A stretch of 63,791 nucleotides of DNA, filler included, from Asterionella formosa (Eukaryota): NCBI GenBank assembly GCA_002256025.1. It is 16 parts of 16 records of this genome, joined end to end, with 100 filler letters (N's around TTAATTAATTAA, not from the genome) between each part and the next. Parts side by side here need not be neighbours in the genome. Positions count along the whole stretch, not along the records: positions 1 to 31,834 come from NKIB01000576.1; 15 more parts are not named here. One strand, written 5' to 3'. Below the pieces are notes generated by a model that saw only the letters and a program-made list of their open reading frames with translations, was not told the origin of the DNA and ran no database searches. Positions within the stretch are counted from its first letter, which is position 1. Each line of letters begins with the position of its first letter. This document shows, in pieces, positions 11,498 through 22,949 of the stretch. The translations under genes and the position numbers were made by a program.

Positions 11498-13997
11498 GAG
11501 AAGCAATTGTTGGGTTCTACCCCCACACTCCTCACTGCCCCATGCGGTCTTCTTGCCTGGTGTGCAAGCAAAAGGGATTGCCCCCACCCTACAGCAAGCA
11601 GTGTGCCGCCTTCCTAGGTGGTCGGAGTTTCCCCTAACTCTGTTGCTAAGACAATCACCTTTAGCAAACAAAGCTGGTTGGGGACTCACCTATGCTAACA
11701 AAACTAGTACGAAAGCACACAGACTTGTGGGCAGGATGTGCAACGTATAACTCCATGGTCTTAGAAAGCGCAATTTAAGTGAGTTTCCATTTGTTCATAG
11801 ACTACTACATACTGGTATGAATTTGAGGCGAAGCTTTCAAAAACAAGAGAAATGGCTCTGAACTACAAAAAACAACAACGACAACACCAACAGCTCAGGC
11901 ACTTTGATTTGCGAGAACAGATGAACTACAGCAATACCGACATGGCGGAATTTTTCGAATAAGGAGCCAACAAGAACCAAGAGGGGATGGATATCGATGA
12001 AGATACCAAAAAGAACAACAATCTACACAGCGTCGTAACGGCAAACAAAGAGTCTGCTACGATCATTAGTGATTTGGAAAGAAGAGCAAACCATACATGG
12101 CGATCAACCCAAAGACACTCAGTCAAATACTAACATCAAGCGGAGAAATACATCTCACCAAAAACAGCACACAAGTTCTGGATATATAGTCCAGGTAAGA
12201 CAATCAACACTATCTACATAACCTTGCACTCCAGATCTTACACCAGAGATGTGGGAAGATCCCGGAACAGACACCATGATGGACAACACTTTTCGAGTGT
12301 ATTTCCTTAACACAAAGAGTCTACTCTTACAAAACACAGTAATGGATCTCAAATGTTCATTAAACTCACAAACAGCAGACAAAATCTATGAACCATTTTT
12401 ACACATATATTCCTAGGAATCCAGCGGCGTTTCACCAAAAACAACAGTGTGAACTACATATATATACGGGAAGTCATACAAGACCACATTAATGTGGAGA
12501 GGTCGTATTTTGGACACTGGAATAACAAAGATCTGCGAAACTAATAATTTGAATTCATAATAAGTTAGATGATAAAACTTGATGTCTGTACAATAATGTA
12601 TACATACATACACTTTTCAATTTGTTTCGATGAAATAATGTGGTATACCACATATATCCACCTATATTGAGGACAATAGAAAGAATAATATTGGGTGCCA
12701 GCATTCCTTTTCATCTGATAACAGCTGTAGTAAAAGGGGGGCGTGCGCGTGGTAAGTACTTAACCTACACGAAATTACAAATGCCTACCATGCGCAAAAA
12801 CAATATTTCTGACGCAAAAAAGCCCTTTTGTTTCGGTTAATTACTATATTACATGACGACAACGAGGCAGGATATAGAGTCTATTACAGGGACAACTTGC
12901 GTTTTATAGAGTCGTCTCATAGCAATCATTAAACACACCAAAGTACACACGTACATGCTCCCAGAAAGGAAAGAGGTTCTTATCTGTCAACTTGCGCCAC
13001 TTCTGCACCATTTCTTGTCTATATACAATGGTATGTAGTTTTCTTTGTCGCTTTGTCGACATTCTTGCTTCATCATCATAAATCAGCGATGTTTCGTTTT
13101 ATGTGAGGCACATAGTTTTTTTAACACCAAGTATCAATAGTATTTGAATGCTGTACAATCAACTCTGTCAACACCCCCAGCCAAAAGAAAATATGCCCTC
13201 ATTACGAAGAAAGCAACTACCGGTATATAATGCATCAAGAGGACATAGTACAAGCACTGGTATTTAAAATTCCTACATAGTGGTTATGGTAAAAAGCTAA
13301 ATACACCGGCATCTGGTTTTGTACTGCTGTATTAGTAGGGAAAGTTGAGACAGCAACTCTGTCTTGACCATGACAAAATTATTGAACTGAATATCCCAGA
13401 GAAAATTGACAACAAATCATTACTATTTCGCATGCATATCTAGACTAACATAGACGAGGTAATCGTTCAATAACAAATTTTTTTGCACCAATATTGACAA
13501 CAAAAATTTGATATTGCCGCTAGAACTTGTTTTCGTCGTCGTTTTCTCAATTTTGAGGAATCGAACAAAAATGAGACATCGTTGAGTCGACGGTGACTAG
13601 CTTGATAACTTCTATTAGATAATTATTTCTATCTTCTGAATAAATAGTTGAGAAATAGTAATCTCGGAGAGGGTGCAACACACCCATCTCAAAATTCAAG
13701 AAAATACCTCAATGTATAATTTTGTACTGAGTTTCATGTACACACTAATTGTCCTGGTTCATAAATCTGTGGAATCTTGATTAGGTCAGAAATTTTGCCT
13801 TTGAATATGTTAATACATATAGACATTGAACAATACACTGCTTGTTCTTTATGCGACTAGAAAATTCGATATATACTTTTTAAAAGTCATGAATTCCCCT
13901 GACTAACGGTTTGTGCATTTTCGGACACTTTTTTGGAAAAATTGTACTTTTTCGAAACAGGAAGGGTCCAGTACAGACATCTAGAAGATAGTACGGT

Positions 13998-15376
13998 ATG
14001 TCTCCATCAGCACCCATCACCTGCTACCACGAGACAATCCAGGATCTTCCGCACTACCACAGCAGACTCTTAGAAAATCTCCACTTTGCACCAATTGGAT
14101 CCATCTGCCTCATAAGACACCTTTGGCTGGGCCTGTGCATCAATATAGCGACATATGGCTCTATGTTAGCGGACGGCCAAAGCTTCTTTGGGTGGTGCAT
14201 GCGACTATCATGGACCAGCGGAAAGATTAAGGAAACAATAGCCATATTTTCGGCCCAGTAAATGGCGACAAGAGAGCCAATAGTTCAACTTGGTGTGCGG
14301 AACTGTTTGGGATAGCGTCAAGCCTTCTTTTCATATCCTCTTTTATTTCATTTCACAAGATTGATATCAAATCAACAGTATATGTCTGGCGCGACAGTGC
14401 CGCTTAACTGGCTAGACTTCACTCTCTTTCATGTTCAATGCATCCAGGAAGACCTCCTGCCAATGCGGATATCGTTTCTTCAATAGCTGCGATCATCAAC
14501 GGCTCCCATTATCTACAAGCATCCAGGGGATTAAAGCCCATCAAGATGATGACAGTACATCAAAATTATTGTACTCAGCAGAAATGAACGTCAAAGCGGA
14601 TGAGCTCGCCACTGAGTTCCTAGAAAAATACTAGCCAAACAGCAGAGGATGAAGGACCAACAACAGTACACAATTCAGCCCATTTTCATGCGATGCAGGC
14701 GAGTTTAATAAATGAGGGGTACAAGTACACTTGAGCAGGATGGTCCATCAGAACAAAGATTCAAACAAAGCATTACAACACCTATTTTAGGAAAAAATAT
14801 AAACTCATGCCAACCATGATGGGGAATATAAACTGCTGGGGAAGTCTACTATCTACAACGTACTACTATAACGCCGAAGATGCACCAACGAAGGCGTTTA
14901 TCACAAAATATATGCATGGGTGGCTTGTTCCCCTTGGAAAAAGGAGGAGGCTAATAGATAATGGCAACAATGCTTGTCTGTACTGTGGACTTGCAGAACA
15001 CAACGAACATATGATGATGTGCCAGGACACCAAAGCTCTTTTCCATCAACGGCAGAGAATTACGGTGTTGACAGCAGGAATTTTCAAGAATCAGGGAAGC
15101 CGCAAAGTTACAAAAGTATGGCTAGCACAGGTGAAAAATTTCATGCACAACCAGCTGGGAACGTTCCAGCCCATCCTCTCTAATACAGCATCTGAATCCA
15201 TCAAAGGACCAATCAGGGAGGCATTGACACATCAAAATAAAATGGGCGCCAAACTAAATCTCCAAGGCTACATGAGCATCAAATGGCGGGAAGCCCTAGG
15301 ACAACAAGCGCGACAGATCAATGGAACAAGTGCCAAAAGCAAGATTTGGGTGAAAACAGCTATCTCCCACCTATGA
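13998..15376 (+). mobile_element. Non-LTR retrotransposon (LINE) 3' remnant: RNase H plus CCHC finger, frameshifted
   Basis: Degenerate RNase H motifs across frames (ATYGS..SFFGW, AELFG, IKAHQDD, MNVKADELA), then KYMHGWL...CLYCGLAEHNEHMMMC. Confidence 0.75.
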
Positions 15377-16023
15377 GTTAGTTTGATCATGAACCCTTCT
15401 TGTCATTTAGCTCAGCCATGAGTGCCCATGTGTAAGACATTTGGTGGGTTTATGATTTATAATTGCTATCTGTCAGGTAAAATCCTGACTTAGGGACCAA
15501 GTAAATTACTTATGTGCTACTCCTTCCTAGGGCATAGGTCTTCGTTTCACTTAAGTAACCCTTTAACCATTAGGGAATCAATCTATGAGACCCTAAGTCA
15601 TCAGACATTGTAGTAAGCGGTCTGAAGAGGTAATGCTCATCACTAGTCTAAGTATTAGTCCTAGATGTCTATATACTGAATCATGACACTGGACTAGTGC
15701 ATATTGTTGCACTATCCTTACATGTCAGGTCCATCAAGTTGTTCGGTATCTACTTTGGTAGGGCTTGTGGATTAAGTTATTGCTATATATATATTGAACC
15801 CTGTGGACGAACTGTACCATAGGTCATTATGTGGCACTTTTACAATGCTTCCATTCAATGGACTTCTCACTATTGCCTAGCAGGCTCCAACTTCATTGTA
15901 CCTGCCAGTAAACTGCTCAAATGTTCAGCTTGTGACATTCCAACAAAGCTAGTACTAGAAGCCGGAACACATTATTGAACACTGTAAGGTCGCAAATAGA
16001 GATCACTAGTATGTAAACAAAAC

Positions 16024-19000
16024 TCAACCCTCAGCTGATGTCACGTGCCTCTGGACATGAGTCTGGTTTCTTCTTGAATGTTGCTTTATCACAGTGGTCC
16101 TGTCAGTGTTCCACTTGCCCTCTTCTTTTCTCATTGATTCCACAGATCTGGCTGCACCATATGTGTCTTCGCCTCCTGATGCATTGGGATTTGAGTTGTT
16201 GCCTTCCTTGTCTACCAACTTCCCCCAACGATTACGCTTTCCTTCCTTTACTCGGAGTTCGACTGGGCCATGAGCAAAAACACATTTACTTTTTTTTTTC
16301 ATTGGGCAAAAGGTACCATGACTGACATCCCAATGGTTGCAAAGACGAGATCGGAACTTAGGATCCTCAGAGCACCGTTTGATATTCACATCACGTTTAC
16401 GCAAACACGAATCAGTCCTGAAAATCCATTCATCATCCGATCTCATCCAACCACGACAATTCAATGTTTTAGCAGCAGCACTGCCTTCCCATAACACTAT
16501 CCCAATATTTTCTATTGAGGGAATATTGGAAGTCCTCCCTAGTTGTATTGAAGCTACAAGGGTATCACAAAGAACGTGCTCCCTAAGTAAATCACCCTTT
16601 TCGTCGCAGCCAATCATTCCGTTCATGTCATTGTCTGATAAGTCATCATCCCTTGGTTCCCCTGGCTCTTCAACCATGCTAGACTTCGATTCAATCATAT
16701 CCGATATCGAATTCATGGTCACCTCATCTTGTGTCACATTGTTCGTACCAGTAACACAGGACAATGTAGGTTTGACTTCATCTTGGCTTGATGTTTGGAT
16801 TTCACCCTGTTTGGTGATTCGCCGTCGACAGAGTGGAATCGAATAATTGACAACAAATGGGTCCTCTTCGGCCATGAATTCTTGGCAAACAGAGTAGCAA
16901 TGCATAACCAGTCGAGGGAACTTGCTATCGAAATAGGACATCAATCCATCCAGATTAGACCCCACACGTTTCTTTACATCCAACGGTAGTTCATCATAGT
17001 GATGGTGTTTGTTTCTGATGAGTCTCAAACAATCGCGTACTGATGATTGATCGTACGTTCTAAACCTAGACACGTTGTTGATGAGATCAGAGTCTAATTT
17101 CTTGTCCCATGAAGTAGAGACAACCGCAGCAGCATTACGCTCAATTGCCAGAATCTTGCCACCGACGACAGCTGAAAGTATCACTCCTTCCTCTTGTGAG
17201 AGCTGATCATCACATTCGATCCTATCAGATAGGTCGCAAAGGAAGGACATCCGACGTTGAAGCGACCAGAAGAATGGATGTTCGCAGATTTGTTTTGCTG
17301 ATGGACGGAACGATGGGTCTCGATGAATCATTGAGGATACGAGGTCAAAGGCTTCAGGGGAAATGTCCTTCAATTGCGCCGTTAACGGGCGATTTCGCAT
17401 GATGTTTGCTTCACGTTCATACCATTCACCAAAAGGATGTACTCCAGGAATTAGGGTGCAATGAAAGATGCAACCCAACGAAAAAATATCGATTGAACGA
17501 CTGGTCCTCAAATGCATAGCTAGCCCTAGGGGCGAAGAATCAATCATGGATTCCTGTTTTGCTTTTGAGCTGTTATCTGAAGTCACAGATCCAGCATCAG
17601 TTCGACCTCGTAATGACATAACTTCCGGAGCTTGCCACCCGACACTTCCTGGGCCTGCTCCGACCATACGTGAGCTTTCTCCAACACAGTTTGATGGACC
17701 AGACAACGACGCACCTCCTAGTGCGCTCATTCCGAATGAACTTTGCCCAGTTAATTGCTTGCCAAGACCCATATCAGATATCTTGGCCACAAGCAGTCCC
17801 TCGTTAAAAGCATCAAACAAAAATTCACTCTCATTAGTCCTCTTGCCATTCTTCTTGCTCGTACGGCTTTTTGCTAGCAGAATGTTGGCTGGCTTGAGAT
17901 CACGGTGAACAATACGAAGAGAATGCAAGTGTCTGACTCCTTGGGTAATCTGAAAAAGCGTATTTTTTGTGACGTCCGAAACACCTCTGTCCAACGACGA
18001 CCTATTTTGGAGGGTCCCAATCAAATCATGCAATGACATATCACAAAGCTCCAGTGCGAGATAGACAAAGTCTCCTCGCACTTCTTTGAGAAAATATCGA
18101 ACAACGTTTGGATGGCCATCACTCTCTATTAAAAGTGAAATCTCACGGTCCGCGCTCGCATGGTACGCCTTCAGCATTCTCTTCACCGCGACTCTGCGCC
18201 CATCAAGCATTCCCTTGTAAACAACAGTTCCATGTCCACCAAATCCTAAAACTTCGTCCGTCACCGCAATGACTCCAACTTTACGCATGCCATTTTCTTC
18301 TTCTAGTGGCTGGATGGCCGACACGATTAAGGTCGCATCGTCATCCTTGGCTCGCAAACGCTGTCGTCGGCCCATTTCAAAGGAAAGCACAAATATGAGT
18401 GCCATGGTAGGTGGCAGCCACGACGCCAGAATACGAAAAAAGCTTCGCTTTTTCTTTCGGTATTGGTGCTTCATCTGTTGCAACACTTCTTCGTGATCGA
18501 GCCCCAGTTTTTGTTGTAGTACGAGCGCTCCATAGTCTTGTACATTTTCCAAAAAAGATCCACCGGAGAACTCTCCATCATGGTGAACGCCAACAAGACA
18601 GGCAGGAAATCCTGTAGAAAATGGAGCGCATTTGCGGTTCGTGTTGCTCAACGACAAGGGATATTTTTGTTTGTGCTTCAAAGTTGGATCTTGAAGGTGA
18701 CGTCCAATATTCGGGACTCTTGGTTTCACAGAGCCGATTGCAAATACAGATGAACTCGATGACTGAGATTGTGGAAGGCCGATACCAGCAGATGATGAGA
18801 GTGACTTTGAGAATTTGCCTAACGGCATGGCAAACAATTGACCAGTTTTCAGTGCTCCAACTATCATTTGGTCTTTAGTTTCAGTTCCGTGCAAGGCCTC
18901 CATTTGACGTTCTAGTTCCTTCGATAAATACTCCATTGAATGACTAGATACTGCTGCGCCTGGAACAATGTTAACTCTTAGTGATCTTCCAGTTGACGAC

Positions 19001-20058
19001 TCCAGAGCAAATGCAACCGGCGAATCAAAGGTTACGTCAGAGATCCACTCAGTATGACCAGAGACTGGGTTTCGATATGCGACATTTCCATTGGGAGTTG
19101 CCAAAAGAAACGAATCATTTGTTGACGCATTATCTCGATTGGGAAGCATTAATCTTGGTGCATGTTGTTGTAGGCCCTTTAAGCTCGCTGTAAGTTCTGA
19201 ATTGTCGTCCTTGTCGCTCATCAGCATATCATCAACCGACATGATTTCCGAAGAGGAAAATTGCACATCCATGGCTCCCGTTTGAGCGTCATACAATGAT
19301 GCTGAATAATCCACTCGTCCAACCCAAACGACATTCCGATCGCCCATATTTGTGTCATCGCCACGGTCCTTGGAACCTACTGAAACTACTTTCAAAACTT
19401 CCCCCGAGTCCCGATCTATCGCAGCAGCTGTCGCATGTCTCGATCCAACATAAAATCTCCCACGACTATCAACAAATGGTGCTCTATGCACCAACTCACG
19501 CACAGTCGTCGTGGCCGTCTGTTCCGTCTTGGCGGTGACAGTGAGAAACACTCGTCCATCGACTGAGGGGACCGCCACGGTTTTTCCGTCTTGTCCCGAA
19601 GAAGTTGTCGTTGTAGTTGTCGATAGCAAGGGTGCTGAAATATCCTTGTCGTCTTGCTGTTTCCAAAGTACTTTGCCTGTTCGTCTGGACAAACCAGCAA
19701 GAGTTCCATCGACGGTGGCGACAATAATTACGCCATCGTCCTCGTTGTCGCCTTTCCATGTCGAATCAAAGTCTTCCAAGACAAAATCAGAGTCCACTTG
19801 ATCTCTAAGCACTGATACGGACGAAGCAACGACATTCGGTTCACCGACGCATTTCGAAATTTGTTTGTGAGCCACAGCTAAACTGAGTAACACCCAGGTC
19901 TGAATCCAGAGCGCTCGATTCAGGTGTCGTTTCTTGATGCTGCTTGCGCTACTCATGTTCTGTGCCTGCACTACAGGGATCGTAGTCATATCGTTCTGCG
20001 ATGGATCTATCGGATCCACCGATAAAGGTTCCGATATAGAACGCCTCCGTTCCTTCAT
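16024..20058 (-). CDS. IRE1: IRE1-like ER-stress sensor: luminal domain, TM, Ser/Thr kinase, KEN RNase, plus a C-terminal CCCH zinc finger
   Basis: VATVDGTL luminal motif, one TM segment, LGFGGHGTVVYKG, VAVKRML, ESDGHPNVVRY, HRDLKPANILL, ISDMGL, GWQAPE, and KEN motifs HPFFW and RNKHHHY. The start is uncertain: ATG 20058, or ATG 19956 just before the signal-like hydrophobic stretch. Confidence 0.95.
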   Translation of the reverse strand: MKERRRSISEPLSVDPIDPSQNDMTTIPVVQAQNMSSASSIKKRHLNRALWIQTWVLLSLAVAHKQISKCVGEPNVVASSVSVLRDQVDSDFVLEDFDSTWKGDNEDDGVIIVATVDGTLAGLSRRTGKVLWKQQDDKDISAPLLSTTTTTTSSGQDGKTVAVPSVDGRVFLTVTAKTEQTATTTVRELVHRAPFVDSRGRFYVGSRHATAAAIDRDSGEVLKVVSVGSKDRGDDTNMGDRNVVWVGRVDYSASLYDAQTGAMDVQFSSSEIMSVDDMLMSDKDDNSELTASLKGLQQHAPRLMLPNRDNASTNDSFLLATPNGNVAYRNPVSGHTEWISDVTFDSPVAFALESSTGRSLRVNIVPGAAVSSHSMEYLSKELERQMEALHGTETKDQMIVGALKTGQLFAMPLGKFSKSLSSSAGIGLPQSQSSSSSVFAIGSVKPRVPNIGRHLQDPTLKHKQKYPLSLSNTNRKCAPFSTGFPACLVGVHHDGEFSGGSFLENVQDYGALVLQQKLGLDHEEVLQQMKHQYRKKKRSFFRILASWLPPTMALIFVLSFEMGRRQRLRAKDDDATLIVSAIQPLEEENGMRKVGVIAVTDEVLGFGGHGTVVYKGMLDGRRVAVKRMLKAYHASADREISLLIESDGHPNVVRYFLKEVRGDFVYLALELCDMSLHDLIGTLQNRSSLDRGVSDVTKNTLFQITQGVRHLHSLRIVHRDLKPANILLAKSRTSKKNGKRTNESEFLFDAFNEGLLVAKISDMGLGKQLTGQSSFGMSALGGASLSGPSNCVGESSRMVGAGPGSVGWQAPEVMSLRGRTDAGSVTSDNSSKAKQESMIDSSPLGLAMHLRTSRSIDIFSLGCIFHCTLIPGVHPFGEWYEREANIMRNRPLTAQLKDISPEAFDLVSSMIHRDPSFRPSAKQICEHPFFWSLQRRMSFLCDLSDRIECDDQLSQEEGVILSAVVGGKILAIERNAAAVVSTSWDKKLDSDLINNVSRFRTYDQSSVRDCLRLIRNKHHHYDELPLDVKKRVGSNLDGLMSYFDSKFPRLVMHCYSVCQEFMAEEDPFVVNYSIPLCRRRITKQGEIQTSSQDEVKPTLSCVTGTNNVTQDEVTMNSISDMIESKSSMVEEPGEPRDDDLSDNDMNGMIGCDEKGDLLREHVLCDTLVASIQLGRTSNIPSIENIGIVLWEGSAAAKTLNCRGWMRSDDEWIFRTDSCLRKRDVNIKRCSEDPKFRSRLCNHWDVSHGTFCPMKKKSKCVFAHGPVELRVKEGKRNRWGKLVDKEGNNSNPNASGGEDTYGAARSVESMRKEEGKWNTDRTTVIKQHSRRNQTHVQRHVTSAEG

Positions 20059-20612
20059 CGCGACTGATGACACGAATGATTATGGAACAACACTGCAGAC
20101 AACGACACCAGCAACGAGGGACTGTGTTCTATGGTCCCTGATGTTCCTACATACATTTTGTACTATGGGTAAATTCCGGTATATATATATGATGATAGGC
20201 TATCATACATATACATTTATATGTTGATTTATCATGTTTATGAGGCACTCTTAGACATACGATGGAGATATCTAATAAATAGGGCATGAGTGTGCGAGCG
20301 ACGGATGCATGGTGTGAGCGAGGATGATGACGTGCTCGTGAGTACCACCTAGCCTCGTTGCTATCATTCACTCCATTTACCTAGAGTACATATCATGTGG
20401 TACGGAGCAAATTATTGTCTCCTGGTAGGTATATTCGTGCAATTCCTTGAACAACAGGACGTGGCAAACAATGAATTAAGTGTATAGTTGCTAAAATATT
20501 TATGGCTGTGGCGCGGCACTCCAATCGAGATTGAGCGTCTAGATGAATAGAAGGGTATATTGGTTGAGTTTTTTTCAAGTACCCTTGGGTGAAAATGAGT
20601 CATTTTTGCTTT

Positions 20613-21023
20613 TCAAACCACATCCCTCAAGTTGGCAAATGTATTGGGCAACTTCTGATGAGGACTCCATTTTGTTTTTTTGTCTTTCCAGTGAGGAAGC
20701 ATAAGCTTCTCATTGGCATATTGCAACAAGCGCTTGTCTGGATGATTCTCCAAAGGCCCACCACGACACAGTACATGACTTGCCCCAGAAGGGGGTTCAT
20801 CCCAAAACAACGACGTTGTTTTGACAGAACGAAAGTAGACGCGACGGTCATTCGCTGCGAAGACATGCAGGCCTTCCACCCAAATGTCATTATCGTGAGG
20901 AATTTCTTGAAGCTTCTTCATAATTTTTTTGGATTTTTTTGGCTGGTAGCCATCATCAAGAGAAGGTTTCTTGGGCTGGCAGCCATCATCGACAGTAGGT
21001 TGGACGCGACGAGGACCAAACAT
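20613..21023 (-). CDS. Small basic protein with a WW-like motif
   Basis: ATG-initiated 136-aa ORF. WVEG...RRVYFRSVKTTSLFWDEPP resembles the WW consensus, and DDG(C/Y)QPKK is duplicated. Confidence 0.5.
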   Translation of the reverse strand: MFGPRRVQPTVDDGCQPKKPSLDDGYQPKKSKKIMKKLQEIPHDNDIWVEGLHVFAANDRRVYFRSVKTTSLFWDEPPSGASHVLCRGGPLENHPDKRLLQYANEKLMLPHWKDKKTKWSPHQKLPNTFANLRDVV

Positions 21024-21828
21024 GATGGATGTTCGTTGTATTTGAAAATAGTTGACTGCATAATAATGAGTTTCAAAATTGTTAGTGCCAAAACAAGGAA
21101 AAAGTTAATCGTTGTCGTGTATGGTTGGTTATTCGCAAACTTACTTCGTTTCGTTGTTTTGTGAGCAAATGAGACTTTTGACTTAATCCTTTGAGAAGCA
21201 ACGACTAAACACTAGTCTCGCGATGAGTTAACGGCCATATCAAGACTCTACATCGTTTCGAATTGAAACCTTTTGAAAATCACTTGCAACCTTGACCATT
21301 GTGGTTGGGCCGGGTCGATTAAATGCCAAAACTCGAAATTTCGAAAAATGTGACGAACTGAGAACAGGGAGTGCTCGGAGCTCCGGGCGAGCGATAATGT
21401 CATGCCCTTGTTGGCTTTCGTAGTCCATCGCCACGACCAAGAAGAAAGTTCTCTCACATGCACCTGCCGTACTGACACCTGCTTGCCGCCTGCCCATCGC
21501 GATGCCCTGCCAGTGTGGCAAAAAGGCTGGTTGAGCCTGGGTGTTACAATAACGATTCATTAAGTATGCAGCCACGTACATGATATATTGTAGGACCTGT
21601 CACACGTCACACCCGCATTTTGTGACCCCAGTCACCGGCTAATCTTCATAACGGCATGATTTACCGGTAATATTTTATCACCGATGCTTCCGTTGTTCTC
21701 GCCACTAACAAATCAACCAAATTTACAGCACATCATCGTCGCGCCGAGTCGAGAGACTGCTTAAATTACGATGATTGCTTTGCATAAAGCAACAAAATCA
21801 TCAAACGCAGTCGTATCAATTCATTGTC

Positions 21829-22380
21829 ATGAATCCCAAGATAAAGCACATGATTTCCCTTAGGAGGAGTTCCTGGAGGTCCAAATCGAATTATGAAGCT
21901 TTGGACGACCACCAAGAACAATCGAATGAAAGTGTTATTGATAAAAATGAGAACGTCATGAGGCAAGGCACGGGGCACAATGAGTGTGATTTTAAGCAAA
22001 GACACATGAATCCTTTCAGCATGTGCTTGAAAGGCGCGAACAGTGATGTAATGACTGACCATGCGCACATGAATGTAATAACTGACTTTGGGTCAACTGA
22101 TTTCTCCATCCTCACTATGAATTACAGTTTTCTGGATTCTGATGACGACGAAATGCATGAGGAAGATGGTCTTATTCTGTTGAGTCCTTTATATAAGGAG
22201 AATTCTCCGTTTGTACAATCAACTCCATCGATCAGGGGGGCCCTTAACAAGGCTATAAAAACAGTCCAGAAAGGTGTCAAGCGAGGTTGGCATGATACTG
22301 TCAATAATTCTGCTATCAAAAAACAACGGCAATCTCAGGCATTTAGTAATTTGCAAGACCCCGAAGGTACTTTGTGTTAG
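21829..22380 (+). CDS. Hypothetical protein
   Basis: About 180 open codons from MNPKIK; no recognisable motif. Confidence 0.4.
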   Translation: MNPKIKHMISLRRSSWRSKSNYEALDDHQEQSNESVIDKNENVMRQGTGHNECDFKQRHMNPFSMCLKGANSDVMTDHAHMNVITDFGSTDFSILTMNYSFLDSDDDEMHEEDGLILLSPLYKENSPFVQSTPSIRGALNKAIKTVQKGVKRGWHDTVNNSAIKKQRQSQAFSNLQDPEGTLC

Positions 22381-22566
22381 GCGAATGCCAGCACAGAAAG
22401 CTAACACATGTCGTGGTGGCTGTGGTGACAATTAAGACCAGGGAGCTGAATGTCCTAATCCATTGCTGTTCATTCCTCATGTCTGTCTTCATTTTAGCAA
22501 TAGCTACTTGGGAAGGTATGGTACAAAGCAGTCCAGGTACCTATAAATAATGGTGTGGTACCAGGA

Positions 22567-22606
22567 GAAGTATCTAACTAGAAGTAGTAGTAGCATTTGT
22601 TGAATA
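22567..22606 (-). repeat. Short fragment of the Gypsy LTR end
   Basis: gaagtatctaactagaagtagtagtagcatttgttgaata matches the 50197-50233 region with a small insertion. Confidence 0.7.
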
Positions 22607-22949
22607 CTGTATATTTTATTGTCATGGACTCCCCAATTTACACTACCATGATTGAATTGGACTGATTTAACTTAAGGGGGTCAAAAACAATGAAGAGATT
22701 TCCCTTATATTGGTCCTAAGATAATTTTATTAGTTCTACTGGATAGCGCCCATTTTTCTAATATTTATTAATATGATCCCAGTATCCAAAAAGTAGAAAA
22801 GTGAAAGTTCTTCACCTTGCAAAAAAGCATGACATTAGGCAAAGAGGAATATTAGCAAGGTCTAGAAGCAAGCAATACAATCAAAGGCGCAAGAACACAA
22901 CTTACCAATTGAAGAGACTAAAGCAAAAGTTATCGAAGGATGGGAAAAA

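Noticed and set aside
15600..15650. CTGAAGAG as a hammerhead ribozyme core near the LINE end
   Set aside because: No correctly placed GAAA or supporting stems.
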